This document shows positions 25,743 through 39,902 of a stretch of DNA of 64,000 nt, one piece after another. The notes under the pieces are model-generated. The model was not told the origin of the DNA. It searched no databases and saw only the letters and a program-made list of their open reading frames with translations. Origin of the DNA: Catajapyx aquilonaris (taxonomy: Eukaryota); the NCBI GenBank assembly GCA_000934665.2, contig KZ538045.1, forward strand, positions 62,001-126,000. The letters are read 5' to 3'. The position numbers and the translations under genes are program-made. Position 1 is the stretch's first letter. The number at the start of each line of letters is the position of its first letter.

Positions 25743-28104
25743 ATTTTCCTAAAATTCGATGACGTCATACGTGACAAGGAAGGCGAACTAGACCGCCCCC
25801 ATCCTCCTCTACTTGATTGGAGGCCAGGAGACCCATACGGGATGGGAGTCGCTTGTTGGACTTAACCGGAGGAGATTCCGAATAAAGTGAGCCTTTCCCC
25901 CCAAACTCTCAACTTTCCCTCCGGAATTCCACTTGCCTCCGGATCAGATTGCCGGTCCCACCTGATTAGATTGAGTCGAGTTTGGAACCGCCAGCTGTGG
26001 ATTATTCCAAGCTTCCCTATAGAAAGCTCCCCCCACCACCCATTTTGCCGGATTCCTGGATAAATTGTCGTGTATTGCGCGGTCCAATTGGCTGGACTGC
26101 CCCTAGCAGGCCGCACCCTGCTCTTCAAGCCTGTTCACATGTGGAGTGACCCCACGGGACCACCAGAGTGAGCGGAATGTAAATACTGGAATAAATCATG
26201 CGTGGAGTGTGTGCACTTTTCCAGCTTTTGCCACAGGGCAAAGCGTAAACCACACATTCCCGCTTCTCTCAGCTTCGGTGCGGACAGAGTTGGAATTTTT
26301 GTCCACTTTTTGGGCCATAACCAGGCCAGAAAGCCGGCATATTTTTGGGGGCACCACCAACTTGAACTTGACAGGCGTTGTTGGATGGTCGTCCCACTCG
26401 AGAAGTTTTTAGGCGAAAAGGTGCTAGATTTGAGGAAACCCACCCAAATAACAAGTGTGTTGGGCATTCCGTTCTTCCAAGGATTACTCTAGCGTGGGCT
26501 CTTGGGTAGGGTCAGTTGGTTTTTTCACGGCCCAGATCCACGGGACTTTTCTACAAAGCGGATGAATGTCAAGGTTTAAAGCTGCCGGCACGTGAGCAAT
26601 TCCGGGAACGTAAAATTATTGCCTGTTTTTTTTTTCTTTTTTTTTTTCAACCACCAGGCTCGCCCACATTTTCTCCCCATGCACCCCCGTACCTTAGCCG
26701 TGCACATTTCACCGGTTACCCCGTGGCCTGCGTGTGGTTCATGTCGGCAGGATGCGTGCAGGATGAAGTCATGCAGCAGCCTTCTTTCTACTTTAGGGTG
26801 CATGTTGGAGGGGGAGTTTGCTCCTTTCACACGGAATCTTTGTTAGGGCCGATTTGCATGTCTGCGGACGTCTCGAAGAGGCCTCTTCTCCAAATTATGA
26901 AGCGTGTGGTGTGAGGAATTGGGGGAGGGGAGGGGGAGACTAGTGCACGGCTAAGAGAAGATTTGGCTCAGGTTCGAGGCGGGTGTGTCTAGTAGTTGCA
27001 TCACTTTTCAAGACAACCGCCAGTCCCTCCATTCATGCCGAGAACTAGGTGCTTTCGTAACCTCTGTTTCGCACAGAGACATTTGTGTTGTTTGTGTCTC
27101 CTCTGCCAAAGTTCGGGGGAGATGAAAATGTTTGGCCGACTTCCCAATTGTGTTTTTCCCCACCCACCTCCCATATCCCCGGGTTCCTTAATTCATTCTT
27201 CTGGTGGTGTGGTCCCCCAAGAAAGAAGGATTCGCAAAAGTCCAGCGGTCTGCCTCGCTAAATAAATACCAGGAAGAGAGCCAAACGCCTCACCAACTGA
27301 TGCACTTTGTTACCTTGGCTGAGGTCAAGGCTTCCACACATCTCCTTTTAGAAATTATTGTCCCTTTTTTAGTCCTGGCATAAAGCAAAGTACAAAGGGA
27401 AGCCAAAGTGATTTGCAACAGGAACGTTTATTCGAACAAAAAATACATGTGTTTTGCAGTGTTTTTTTTTTTAGGTCCATCGTTTTGTCCAGGAGATAGA
27501 GAGAGGTGTCGTCGTCTGTGGTGGCTGGCAAGGTGCATAAATCGGAGGCCCTGGGGAAAAGAGAATGGTCGTGAGTGACAAAGCAAGGCTGAAAAGACGC
27601 AAGTCACGCAGGCAATCCCCCAAAACCATCTTGTTTTGCGGAAAGCCGAATGAATCATAATGTGACTCGAATTGCCTCGGCGCGACCAAAATGCCCTCGC
27701 TGTTGATTAATACGCTTCCGGAATCTGAAAGTTGCGCCCGTTATGTCTGACGATGTGTTTTATTAACGGCTTTCCCCCTTGCTTTCGGCTGGCTTTAAGC
27801 TCAAGTATCATCTTCATCGCACTTTGTAAGGAAGGCATGTCAACGCGACAAACTGTTCCTGTCTCATACCCTCTAAGTCCTCTCCCCCAGCTTGAGATTT
27901 GTGTGAGCTGAGCCGCGATCATGACGGACGTCCGAGGATTCATCACATTTGATCCCGCTTTATTGCATAAAGTAGACTATTTCGAGTCCTTTATGCTGCT
28001 CAAAATGCACCTGAGATAGCTATCGCACGGTCTATGCTTAGAGATGGGATGGTGACACTTTTTATCAGCTGTTATTAACACGGACTTTTTTTATTATTTT
28101 GCAG

Positions 28105-28198
28105 GTCAACTACCAGCCAATCTACCAGCGGAACTCAGACCGTTTCGGATTCTCAAGTGCAAACATCACCTGATGCTTACCCACTGGACAAATACATT
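28105..28198 (+). CDS. KIAA0586: TALPID3-like exon (STTSQ...DKYI)
   Basis: TTTTGCAG| acceptor, |GTGAGT donor, phase 2 to 0. Confidence 0.7.
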
Positions 28199-31100
28199 GT
28201 GAGTCAAAAGTCCCCACCCCCTCCCCATTTTTCCAGGCTAATGCATGCAAAGTATTTGAACGGATAAAGTGCGACATGGTTACAGGCACAAAATCATGTA
28301 GGTCTCGCGGGTGAACGTGAGTGCGGACGACAAAAGAGCGGCCCCGTAATTAAAACGTTCCAGAAGCGAGATTTTTGCAGTCAGCTACGGAATGAGGGGC
28401 ATTGGTCACGCCTTCCTGACACGAAGGAAGAGCCGTGCGGACCGGGTTTTTTGCGGCAAATATTTTGGTGCCGGATCTTGCAATATGGGGGCTATCTTCC
28501 CTACTAGTATAGTCTCGTGTTTTTATGCAAAGAATGTTTGTTAGGCCGGCGTGAATGTGTGGCGTCTTTTGTGATGGGTAACGTTGCGTAACTTGGGGAG
28601 CGGTGACTTGGCCCGTGACTTTTGGTGCAGGTAGCATACGTAATCTCTGCTGTTTGTGATTCGGGGCGGAAAGGATTGAACATCTTGCAACTTACATTCA
28701 GCGAGGTACACGCGGGGATGAGTACGGGTCAATGTATATGTGTTTCCGGTGAGAAAATGCAAAGCGTCGCCTTTGGAAGAAGCTTCTCAGCGCTGTTGTT
28801 ACCTGCGTGATGGCCTCGAGATGGTGGTGTTTGAAATCCACAGATGACTTGTTGGCGCACCTTTTGTTAACAGTCCGTACACTGGCGAAGGTTATAACCC
28901 TCCACCACCCCGCCACCGGTTCTCACTAACAATTATAAAAACAACAACAACAACAGCAAAGTCAATAACAACTGTCTGTTTTCATTCCACTGATCGGCCA
29001 TATTGTCCGTGTCACTCCTCGTTTGGTGGAGCTGTGACTGCAGCAGAATCTTCTTCGGCCGTGGTGGAGGGTTGGTTGACTTCTTCAGCCGTGGCTGGTC
29101 TATAGGCCGCCATATACGACGATGAAGCGTTAGGTACCGCGTTGAACTTGTTGACTCGCAACGGCTCCCAAGGGGAAGGGTCAAAGTTTGGGTGACGCTG
29201 GGACCAAGTAGGCAGTTCTGTCGGGTGCGTATTTTGAGCAGGGCGCCCGTAGTTCCTGGCCTTCTTAGCGGACGTGGGATGAGGATGGTGGTGGTGCTGG
29301 CGTTGCTGAGCAGGTACATACCTCTGCCGTCGTGACGGGAATGACCAGAATCGGAAGATGGACTTGTCTGGTCGTGCCTTGGTCGGGGTAGGCGAGGGAG
29401 ACGGAAGTGCCTGTTGCTGGCGTGCTAACCATGCTTGGGGTGGATAGCTCAGCTGATCTCGAGAGCTGGGGGTGGTTGGGAGAGCAGGACGGATTGGTCC
29501 GGGGGCATAGGATCGGTAATATGGGTTGTGCGACCTGGAGGTCTTTCGTCGGTAGGAGTTGTGGTGGGTAGGACGTCGTTTGTGACCTCGTTGCTTTCGC
29601 TTCAGGCGGCCGTTCGGACGGAGACGGGCGCCTGAGTACTTTGTCCTGGTCTTTGTCTTTGTTTTTGTCTGTTTTGGTTCGTCTGTCTCGTCAGTTTCGT
29701 AGTTGTGGTTTGGGTTTTTGTCTTTGTCGTAGTCACTGTCCTGATGAGATCCGTCGTCGTAGTTTCCACCTTCGGCAAACTGGTCAGGCCCGGAGAACGG
29801 GCTGTTACCGCCGAAGAACGACTCACTATCGGGAAAGGTTGTGTGGAATGAACTGTCTCCGAAAAACGAGCTCTCGCTGTTGAACGAGTTGTCATCTTGG
29901 ATGTACTGGTTTCCTTTGGGGTAATCATTATCACTCGAATACCCCTTCGGATATTTGCTTCCACTGCTGTGGCTACTGCCTCCAGGGTGTTTGTGCCGGT
30001 GGCTACGATACCGATTCCTAGTGGAGGAATGGGCATGGTGGTCTTGGTTTTGAGGGGGAGGCGGATATCTGATGTAGAACGGTATGGGCTGCTCACGTCC
30101 ATAGGGTTGCCGGTAATGTGTATGGGTATTGCTTCCGGATGTCCTGACGCTATGGTGCTGCGATCTATGTGGAGTGCGTCTGAATGGTGCATACCGAAGA
30201 GGCAAAGTCAGCATGTTATGAAGGGTATTGTAGGTTCTCTTCTGAAGTAGAAGCGGAGACGATTCTGTAAGGTGCAGGCGGTACATGGGGTACGGCGCCT
30301 TCTGCTGTGCTGGTGGCTCTAACGATCGTTGATGGTCTTCGGGTGGATAGTTGGTAAAGTAGGAGTAACCTCGATTGGGATAGGTGTGAAAGTCGGTGCT
30401 GGTGGTAACCGTCGTCGGTGGCGGCAACGGTGGTAAAATGTCTCTTGCCAAGACTAGTCCTGGTGGCGAGGTTTTGTTCTTGGTGGAGGAAGGGACCCAC
30501 GGGATGATATTTTGTTTCCTGGGGGTTCCTCTGGTCGTTGGGGTTAGAATAGGATGTGGGGCGGGTCTGTCCGTGGTTATTTCTTCGGTGGGTGACTCCT
30601 CCGTAGTTACAGGGACGGATGTGACGGTGGCCATTACGTTGGAGGGTGTGTGTGCGGCTTGGATTGTGGTCAAGTCCGATTCCACGTCGTTGGTGGTAGA
30701 CGTGGAGTCCTACAGGAAGGGTTGGGGAATTTGCGGTTAGACATTCACCCACTGACCAGAAAGAAGAAGCACAAAAAACAAACGCGTAACGTGTCGCAGA
30801 ACTAGAACTAACTGCATGCCATGTTTCACTGCCACTGGAACAGCGTCCGTACTGAACTATTACACGTTTGCATATTAATGCAGCGACAATTTGCGTTAAA
30901 AAGAGCCAATCTATACATGCATTTTATAAGCGACTTCGTGATGACTGCTTCATTTCATGAACAAGTGCAACGTTTATATCACTTAAATCAACTTGAAAGT
31001 AATTTTGTTAAAGCTCAGATTTTTATGCTCTTTTTACTCAGTTTTAACTTTGGTGAGGTTTCCTGAAGTAGATTATGACCTGGTAACAATTCTCCATGTT

Positions 31101-34100
31101 TGTTAGTTTTCCTATGTATCATACAAGTTAAGCGCTGTACAGAACAAAGCATACGATGGCTGTTCTAATAAATACATAATCAAATACAATAACCTTACCT
31201 CAGTTTGACCATTCACGGGAGAAGTGACCACCACCATCCCGAAAATAATCACAGACCACAGAACTGAAGCCCCGATAGCGGGCCTCAGGTGTTGAGAGCG
31301 TAGCATATGCGGCAGGATACGAGTCCTCTTCCTCTATGATGATCTCGCGTATGAACTATCACTTGATAACTGAACAAAACAAATTCTACCACGGGAACGC
31401 CCTTCACCCACACCCTTCCTGGTCGGCCACTGCCTCTCTGGATGTAGGATTTTCGCAGATGGAAGGCAAAGAATGACAAGCTCGGTGAGCACGCTGCCCT
31501 TTATACGCGCCCATTCGCGGAACCTTGGCCCTTTTTTTTTAGGCTGTTGCTTACTTTTTTGATGTACGGTGTCTCTATGGTGAAGAATTTTGTTGCCCAA
31601 GTCCCGTTGGTTCTTCCCCCGCAAGATCATATTTTCTGCTCTTCCTATACGCTTTCTTGTCGCATCCAAAAATCACTCTCTCCTGAAAACTGTTATCACG
31701 ACGCCGAAAAAAAAATCTCACTCCTCAGCATTCAGTAGGCTAACAAGTTAGGAAAAATAATGAGCGGTGGCCCAAAACCAAAGTGAAAAGTTACTTCAAA
31801 TCATGAAACATAAGATTCATCTCCTGGCCGGGCGAGATTTTCAAGATCGCGACGATATTGTCTTGGAACGGTATTTACTGCTATTACTATATACCGTATA
31901 GATACGGTGTTCGTCATATACGGAGACAGACTCGGTGCTACAAATATCTGCCTGTTATGACAGACCTGTATGATGAAATTGCAACTGAATTTGTTCAAGG
32001 TTACTTTGTTGTTTGGAGCTGCACCGTCAGAATTCAGTCTGTTTGAAAAACCATTGATGTGATACACCTGGATTGTCGGAACCTCTGCCTTGAAGTATGT
32101 CAGTGGTTTCGTGGTTTAAAAATCTTCACAGTTTAGCCAAATTTAAATACGTGAAACTTTTCTGACGGCTTTCTCTTTCATGTGGCAAAGTATCATATGC
32201 TAGTCTGTGCATTTGAATATAGTAGTGTCCATTATGGGCCCTATTGTGACATACTGAACTATTTTACGTTACGTCATAGTTGGTGTACTTATCGCTCTCC
32301 GATCTTTTTGCATGGTGGTGCCCGACCTATGTGCCCTATACGTTTGGTTCCGTCTTGCAAAGTGGCGGTTAATTTTTGTATGTCGGGCAATACCTCGGCA
32401 ACTGTCAACGAAAGAATAAGAAAATAACATGTCACGTTAGTTTCAGTAACTGACTCAATATTTCATGTTCAGGAACTTGTCTGTGAAAAGTTATACATAC
32501 TGAAGTAATGGTCCGTGCAACTTTTATTAGTGCGTGATATGAAAGAATGCTATCATGGTAGAATCAATAGTACAATAGCACTGTCGTAGAAAGTGTTACA
32601 AAAAAGGCATATTTTCATTAATAAATTGACATGTGACTTTTTCAGGGTGCAGAGGAAAGTAATACAATGTGTTCCTGGTGATTTGCTGGTGTCCTTTAAG
32701 TTAGGACAAAATTTTCCCGAGTGTGTTATTTTTGTGTAGCGTTGTGCGCCCCAATCGAGATTCCCAATTAATGACAGTTGCTATATTCGACCACACCTGG
32801 GAATAATTGGGCAGCTCGATCGGGGCGCACAACGCTACACAAAAATGACAACTGCGAGTGTTTGCGATAACTAAAAGGACCGCAATACCTATAGAACTCA
32901 CTGTGTAACGTTTGCCAGTCATTGCTTTGCTTTGCTTTGAAATTGTTAAAATTAGAAAAACTAAATCACACATCTGTGGCCTTGTTGTTGGCTATACTGT
33001 ACGTATACTTGTACTACATGCTTGACAAGGTTGTCAAAATTTTATGAACAATTTAAATTTAATATGCCTCTATGGGTTGATTTTCGATAATTCCGTGTTA
33101 ATAAGTGCCAGGTATCATCAAAATAGGGGTCATTCTGTAAGACTTTTCACTCCCTATTTCGTGGAACTTGCTCCTCTTCATGAAGCTCTTGTCCTCACCA
33201 AATGATAATTACAACTATTTACAAGCTCTTTACTGGAGTAAGTTATATTAACTCGGCCAATTTCAAGGTCATCGATGTTTGTTTAATTTTTATGTTAAAG
33301 CTAATTCCACTGAATAATAAGTTAATTGATGTATATTACCAAAGGAAACCAGCTGGAGGACATACTGTATACTGTACGATAGTTATTGAGCCTTTCTGAA
33401 TTGAAATTAACGCAGGTTGTTGACAAAAACCACCCCTGAACTTCTACTTTAATTAAGTTATTAATTGCCCACCATGTCATAAAGAATTAAGTGTATATTG
33501 GAATGATATCAGATAATCATGGTGCCCATAGTCACGTAACTGTTGCAATAAGGCAAAGTAAGATGTCAATCGAAGGGCAGGCATGAGCCCAAACCACGAC
33601 CCAAATCCATGTTTTGGCTGTGCTAAACGAATGGCGATATTTGAATGGCCGTAGACCTTTTTGCCATGAAACCATTTGATTTTTTTTGTTATTTGCGAAT
33701 TCCCATAATGTTTATGGAGTTTATTAATTGCTCAAGTCGTATGCTAAATTCCATTGTTAAAATTTTTAAACATTATTGTCTTATAAGCATTCTTCGTTGT
33801 GTGACTGTTTTTATACCACGATTTTCACTATGCCTATATTGTATGAAGAGAAAATTACTTATGCTTATTAGCATATTTTAAATTCTCACAGAAGCCAGTA
33901 TATGCTGAGAAGGATGAAAAATGCAGTACCTACTGCCTATACCTTCAAAAATAGAATTATGCCATTCGGTCTTGTCTCAATGTGAAGCTTTTGTTGCACT
34001 CTATATACTGCATGAGCATGAAATATATGCAACACGAAGCACCCGGCAGGGTGTATTTTGGCAATTAATCTTGTTTTACTCTTTAGTGCGAAGCTTCTTA

Positions 34101-37100
34101 CAACCTTGAAGAACGCAATAAATTTTTTATGTTATTATTCCAAAGTAAATTTCATTAAGGAACCACTAGGCAGTACACTGACAGCTCTTATAGACCCCTG
34201 CTGAAACGGAAGAAACAGAGCAGAAACTTGGTGGTCAACGATGAGTGTGCACTTGCATGTATAAAGAGCCGTTTTGAAAGCTGTTGTCTATACTTTTTAT
34301 GTCTGAAATAGTACCGGTACGCCAGTGTTTCTGGAGTTCTCTTTTAATGCGCAATTGCGCATATAGAGCTGTGCTCTCGTTTCAGAGTGCCAATTGCTCT
34401 GTGGAATCCCATCACGGAACAATTTGAATCCTTTGCAAAAAGGGTGAAGGTTGATGTTGCAGGAAGAAGACGCAAATGACATGTTGATGAAATGATAGTT
34501 GAATGCAATACAATGGAACCAGGTCCTTTTTAAAGATCATACGGGGTTGTTTCTTCTGCATTACGGGAGTCGGAGCTGCTCATTTGTAAAATGAATATTA
34601 CCTGGTGTCCTCCGATTCCAAGATTTTGACTTGAATGAAAAATGGTACACGTCGATGCCATTATCTCTAAAGAATTGCAGACAATTAGTGGGTAGAAGAA
34701 ACGGTAAATGGTGGCGAGATCGGCCTCGGGAGGACCAGAGGTAATAAACGTTGTGCATGGGATTGCGAGCAGCTAATTAGCCTTGCATCAGGAAGAAAAC
34801 AAGACGTGCAGTTATTCCATTTGCGCCGCCAGAGTAATTAAATCTCATCAGACGCGACACCCACTCGGTAAAGACAGTTTTGAGAAGGGTAAAGAATAAG
34901 GGTTGCGCATTCCAGGGTGTGGAGCCATGTTTAACCCACTTTTTAAATGGTATTTCCTTGATGCGCTTGATTTTACAGAGGATGGTAGAGGAGGAAAGGG
35001 AAGCTGATGAACGACGACGAGTTCGACCCGAACTCTCACCCTTCTCTCAGTTTGTGCTCAGCGTCAGAGGGCTTGTGCAAGACAATCCCAGCAGACGAAT
35101 GCAGGAACTCGGAAGTGGCATTGCCGAGGTGCACAGGGTTCAGAGGAATAACCGAATGACTAAAATCATCAAGGATGCACCCACTAACAGGTGAGGTGGA
35201 TGGTAATACTCAATGTGACTTTGTTTTGTAACAAATGAACTGCAGATGAAGCGAAAGAGAAAAGACTCGGCATAAGAAATGCGATTTCTTATTCTGTTCA
35301 CTGTTCCGCTGCACTTAGTATAACCTTTACGGTAGATGATACCTCGGAGCATTGGCCATATACAAGTGGAGCAATGAATTGGCTCAAAGGTGACATCTCG
35401 TTATTAAAGCAAGTGGAGCATACAATACAAGCACTTTCACATTACAGTATAAGGTAGCCTGTTGGGATATGTGATGGTTTGCGTATAGGGTGTAAAAAAA
35501 ATCGAAGGGCCATCCGGGTGGGACGACAGTGATTTTGTGAAAGAAGGCGAAAATATGATACCAATAAGCGTACGTCAAGGCCAGGGACCAATCATTTTCA
35601 ATGTTAAGGTCAATCAAATTGGACACACTGAGACGTGCCTTTCTGGCAAGGTGACAGGTATGTGAAATGGACGGGAAAGGGATGAAGGACATAAATCATG
35701 AAGAAAAGGAAGAGGCGCAAAATGCAGTATGACTAACGGCAAGTGTCGTACTGTACGCGTCAACACTGTTGTACAATGCTTCCGCACGCTATTGGGCATA
35801 TTGACGCTAATATGAGTAGTGGGACATTTTGTGCCTCTACCTTTTTGTCTCATTTTGTGTCATTAGACTCTTTCCGATTCAGCATGTCCTTGATACTGCC
35901 CTAGTAAGGCCAGTGGCACACTTTCATTGATGTCTAGGTCGTTAGTAGTATGTGCCTTACTCCTGCACAACCTCACATTTACGATTTGTGTTTGGTCAAG
36001 AAGTCACTTTACATCCACGCATATACTTTGAATATGACATCCTCCATTACTGATTATAATTTATTGCCTTTTAGAGCTTGCAGCGACTTGCTGCGTATCA
36101 AGCTCCTGGTTGATGACACTATGAAAAAACTGGAACCAAGGATTCAAGTGAGTATAAACTTTGTACTAGTACACATTAGTAACTGAAACGTGTCATGACA
36201 ATGCCAAAATTAATTGCGCTTTGAAATGAGAAAATCATTGATGCAGTCAAAAGTAACGTCTTCTCCCTTCCAAGACCATTTTTCATCATCAGTATTCGAA
36301 CTTCATAAACCGTTATTGCGGGCTAGGGAAAGTTAAATATTGGAGGTTGTTTTATCTGGCGCCTCTTAACGAGAATAAATAGTTACCATAAATACAGGTG
36401 AAGTTTGTAATTAAGTAAATAATATACTTCGGACGGTAGAAAACAAATTGCTCCCGATATGAGTGCAAAGCAGACGTGCAGCTAGGCGTTGCGTTGGTGA
36501 AAGCAGCATCATAGATCATACCAAGTCTATCCTCCTACATGCCGCGCCGTAGTGGTCTTCTATTATACATAGGGTGTTTAACTCACATGAAGTCCTTCAT
36601 TTATTTTAGTATCATGAAGTAATGCCACAGCCCAACAAAATTTTGGCAAAAAGTTCTAAATGACGATTTTGGTAGCAGTGATTTGCCCAGGCCCGATTAC
36701 CTGCAAGGACTGAGAAATACCTTTATATTGGCCCAGTTTGACACATGGTTAATGTAGCAGTGTGCCCTCTTCGTGCGAATAATGCAGCAGAACGAATGTG
36801 CAGTTGCTCGTTTAATACAAATTAAAGGGCAACAAAAGAACGCAATAAAAATATCGACGAGTACATTTTTGAGGTATACTAATTGCTTAATTCACGCGCT
36901 CCTATTCGCCGGTATTTATCTCGTCATATTAATGCATTTTAATTTGTACTAAATGTGTAGCACTGACCATTTTGATCTGAATAATTTTGTACAAATAGGC
37001 ATACTGCATTGATATGAAATTAATATATATTATATGTCCAACTGGGCGAGTGATACTTATCTCAGTCCTTCATGCTGGTCATTCGTGCTTGGACAAATCC

Positions 37101-39803
37101 ATGCTGCCATTGAAATTCGATGCCAATTATTCCCCTGAGCCATTCCTAATCGAAAATTCATTGCAATCCACAGCTTAGAAGATTTAGATAGATGATTCCA
37201 TTCGTCCTAATATTAGTAGCTAATACTTTCAATATCACTAAAAGTAGCAACTCCAAAGTAACCACTTAAAAGAACCAGCGTAGAGCGACAAAATAAACAT
37301 CAGCAGCTTTTTGAACGTTCCAAATGTGAACTAAAATCTCGGTCGGAAGAGGAAGTACCGGTAATATATTAGGCTTGGCGATGAGAGTGCTCGACGTAGG
37401 CTTACAAAATCTGTTACCACTGTTCGAAAAATGTTTCGATCAATGTGGCATTTGTGTCCAGTTGTAGCTGAAGATATATGCCATCATGTGGCTATGTTTT
37501 GACTTTACCGGTAAAGTGTAAAAAAAATATTTTAAATAAAACGGTGCTTACTTTTGAAACGCGGTAATGTATAGGGTTCATTCAGATGAAAGCGAGTTAG
37601 TCAATCTTACGCGGTCATGCTTATGAATAAGTCAAGAAATAAATATGCTAAAAATCTGTGTATCATCTACTAGTGGACCAAATACGGTTGGGCATTACAC
37701 AAGCTCCTAAAGATATTTCGAAAGAGAACCCTCCCACACCCCTCTTCGTGTCTAACCCCTACAAGGGCAGGCTCGGGCAGGCTGCACACAGGAAAATACT
37801 GCACGATAGATGGAGCAGATGAAGGGACATTAGAGGGTATAATGACTTGAAGTACATATTTACTAACGTGTAGGGGAGATCGGTGTCGGTTGTAACAGGG
37901 TACGATTGTACTGTAACATCGCCAATAATAAATACGTTTGGAAAGCCCTGAAGCTGAAACTCACACAGCACGTGTGTCACTAGGACGTTTGACCTAGCAA
38001 TGTCTGTTTTTGGAGAGTGGGCCTACTCTACAAGTCTGCAATAAGCCGTAGTCCAAGTCATTATTGCGATGGCAGTTAGACAAGAAGAGGTCTGGGGCTG
38101 GGGGAGGGGGGGGGGGAATTATTGTATGACGCAGTTACTTTCGAACATATACTTTTTGAGGTTATCAAAAAAATTAGCCAATGATATTAAGCCAAAGCGG
38201 GCCAAAAGGAGGGCCTAGCTTTTGAAAAATTGGTCCAGTAACTGACCTCTGATTCCAGTAAGTTAAGAGGAGTCACTCGAAATTCATAGCAATTGAGGGG
38301 CTGGATGTATGCGTCCACTCAACGAACACTAGGACTTGTATACAAAGTGATCAAAAATGCTTGTCCGATAGATTTGACAATTTCTTGGCACCAGCTCCCC
38401 GTCCAGTGACATATTGCCAAATAGGCCGAGTAGGCACGTACCTAGGGCGGCAAATTTTAGGGGGCAGCAAATGTCATGGCGGTGGAAAATTTTATTGAGG
38501 AGGAAAATTTGACGCTTGCGAAAATATGTATACGGTACTGTACTGTACTGTACATGGCGTCACTGTTCATGTGCTGCCCGAAGATAAATCACCCGATTTC
38601 CGAGACCAGTAAGGGAGAAAGTCGCGTGCACCCTTCCCACCTAGGACAGTGGGGATCTGTGCAGGATCTACACGCGACTTTCGCCCGTACTGGTCTGGGC
38701 ATCGGCCGATTCACCTTGGAGCTGCATAAAAGTGTTGACCCCAAGATGAAATTCACTGAATCTTTCTAAGTACTAGTAGGAGTATCCACGAAAAAAAAAT
38801 TCGCGTGTTTTGAAATAACAATTTTCGAGATACATGGCCTTGAAATCCGCAAATTTCGGAATTTCCCCAATCGCTTTTTTTCGATGTCGGTTCGATGTCG
38901 GTTTTTCGATTTTCGATATATCGACTTCGATTCGATATTTTTTGAGTAGTTAGATGTGCATGTGATATTAGCAGCTAATACTTGTGATGACCATTAAAAG
39001 TAACTAGGTAAATGTAACTAATAAAATAAGCAGATTATTGCCAACAAATATAGATATCAAAGATATTTAGGATCACCCTGTATAATATGACAACCACTGT
39101 ATGTAACTGTTCGAAAGTAACTCATTGTCATTAATAATAAGCAGCTTAGTACTGTAGTACCAAAAAATTTCTAACCACTCTGGGTATTTCAACTGGAAAA
39201 CACTGTACTGTATTATAGAAATTCTAATGGCATACCGAGGCAGATTGGTGTGGTGGTTAAGGAATCTGACTGCTAATCGGGAGGTCCTGGGTCGAATCCC
39301 GGGGCCGGCGATCCTGACCGTGGTTTTCTGTGGTTTTCTGTGGTTTTCTGTGGTTTTCCACGGTCACCCCCAGGATAATTCTGGGGTCGCTTCCACATAA
39401 TAGGCCACAGCCGCTTCCTTCCTTCCCTATCCTTGGCCCCATCAAATGTTGGTATTCCACCCCCCCTAATGGAGCACCGATTCTCTCAGTGGGGTATAAA
39501 TAAATAATAAATACCGAAGCAGTGGTGGCGGAGGGGATATGATATCCGACTGCTAATCGGGAGGTCCTGGGTTCGAATCCCGGTGCCGGCAACTCTAACC
39601 GTGGTTTTCTGTGGTTTCCCACAGTCCCTCCAGGAGAATTCCGGAGTTGTTTCCTAAACTAATTGGCCACAGCCGCCTCCTTCCTTTCCTATCCTATCCC
39701 AAAAAGCGCAGTAAAAACGTAATAACAGTAATAACGAAGAGTTCCAGTCATATCAAAACAAAAACTCTCCCCTAAAGAGCCGCCGGCTGATAACGGGGTA
39801 TGA

Positions 39804-39902
<99 letters not shown>

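Larger units (their letters stand above)
4300..28000. promoter_or_regulatory. Large CpG-rich non-coding domain, putative enhancer-rich region
   Basis: No convincing ORF or exon chain and almost no TSD-bounded TEs. Full CRE TGACGTCA at 7888, 11102 and 25760; many CACGTG; TTCNNNGAA at 9057, 9089, 12651, 12743, 18805, 25000 and 26600. Function is inferred and the boundaries are approximate. Confidence 0.45.

Noticed and set aside
29435..30752. Overlapping alternative-frame and antisense ORFs over the nested gene, and 53503-54412 on the minus strand
   Set aside because: Shadow ORFs expected from the codon bias of the real exons.
39513..39590. tRNA-like A/B boxes here and at 2565, 3850, 46040, 52200 and 61690
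   Set aside because: These are SINE heads with bodies, tails and TSDs, not tRNA genes.
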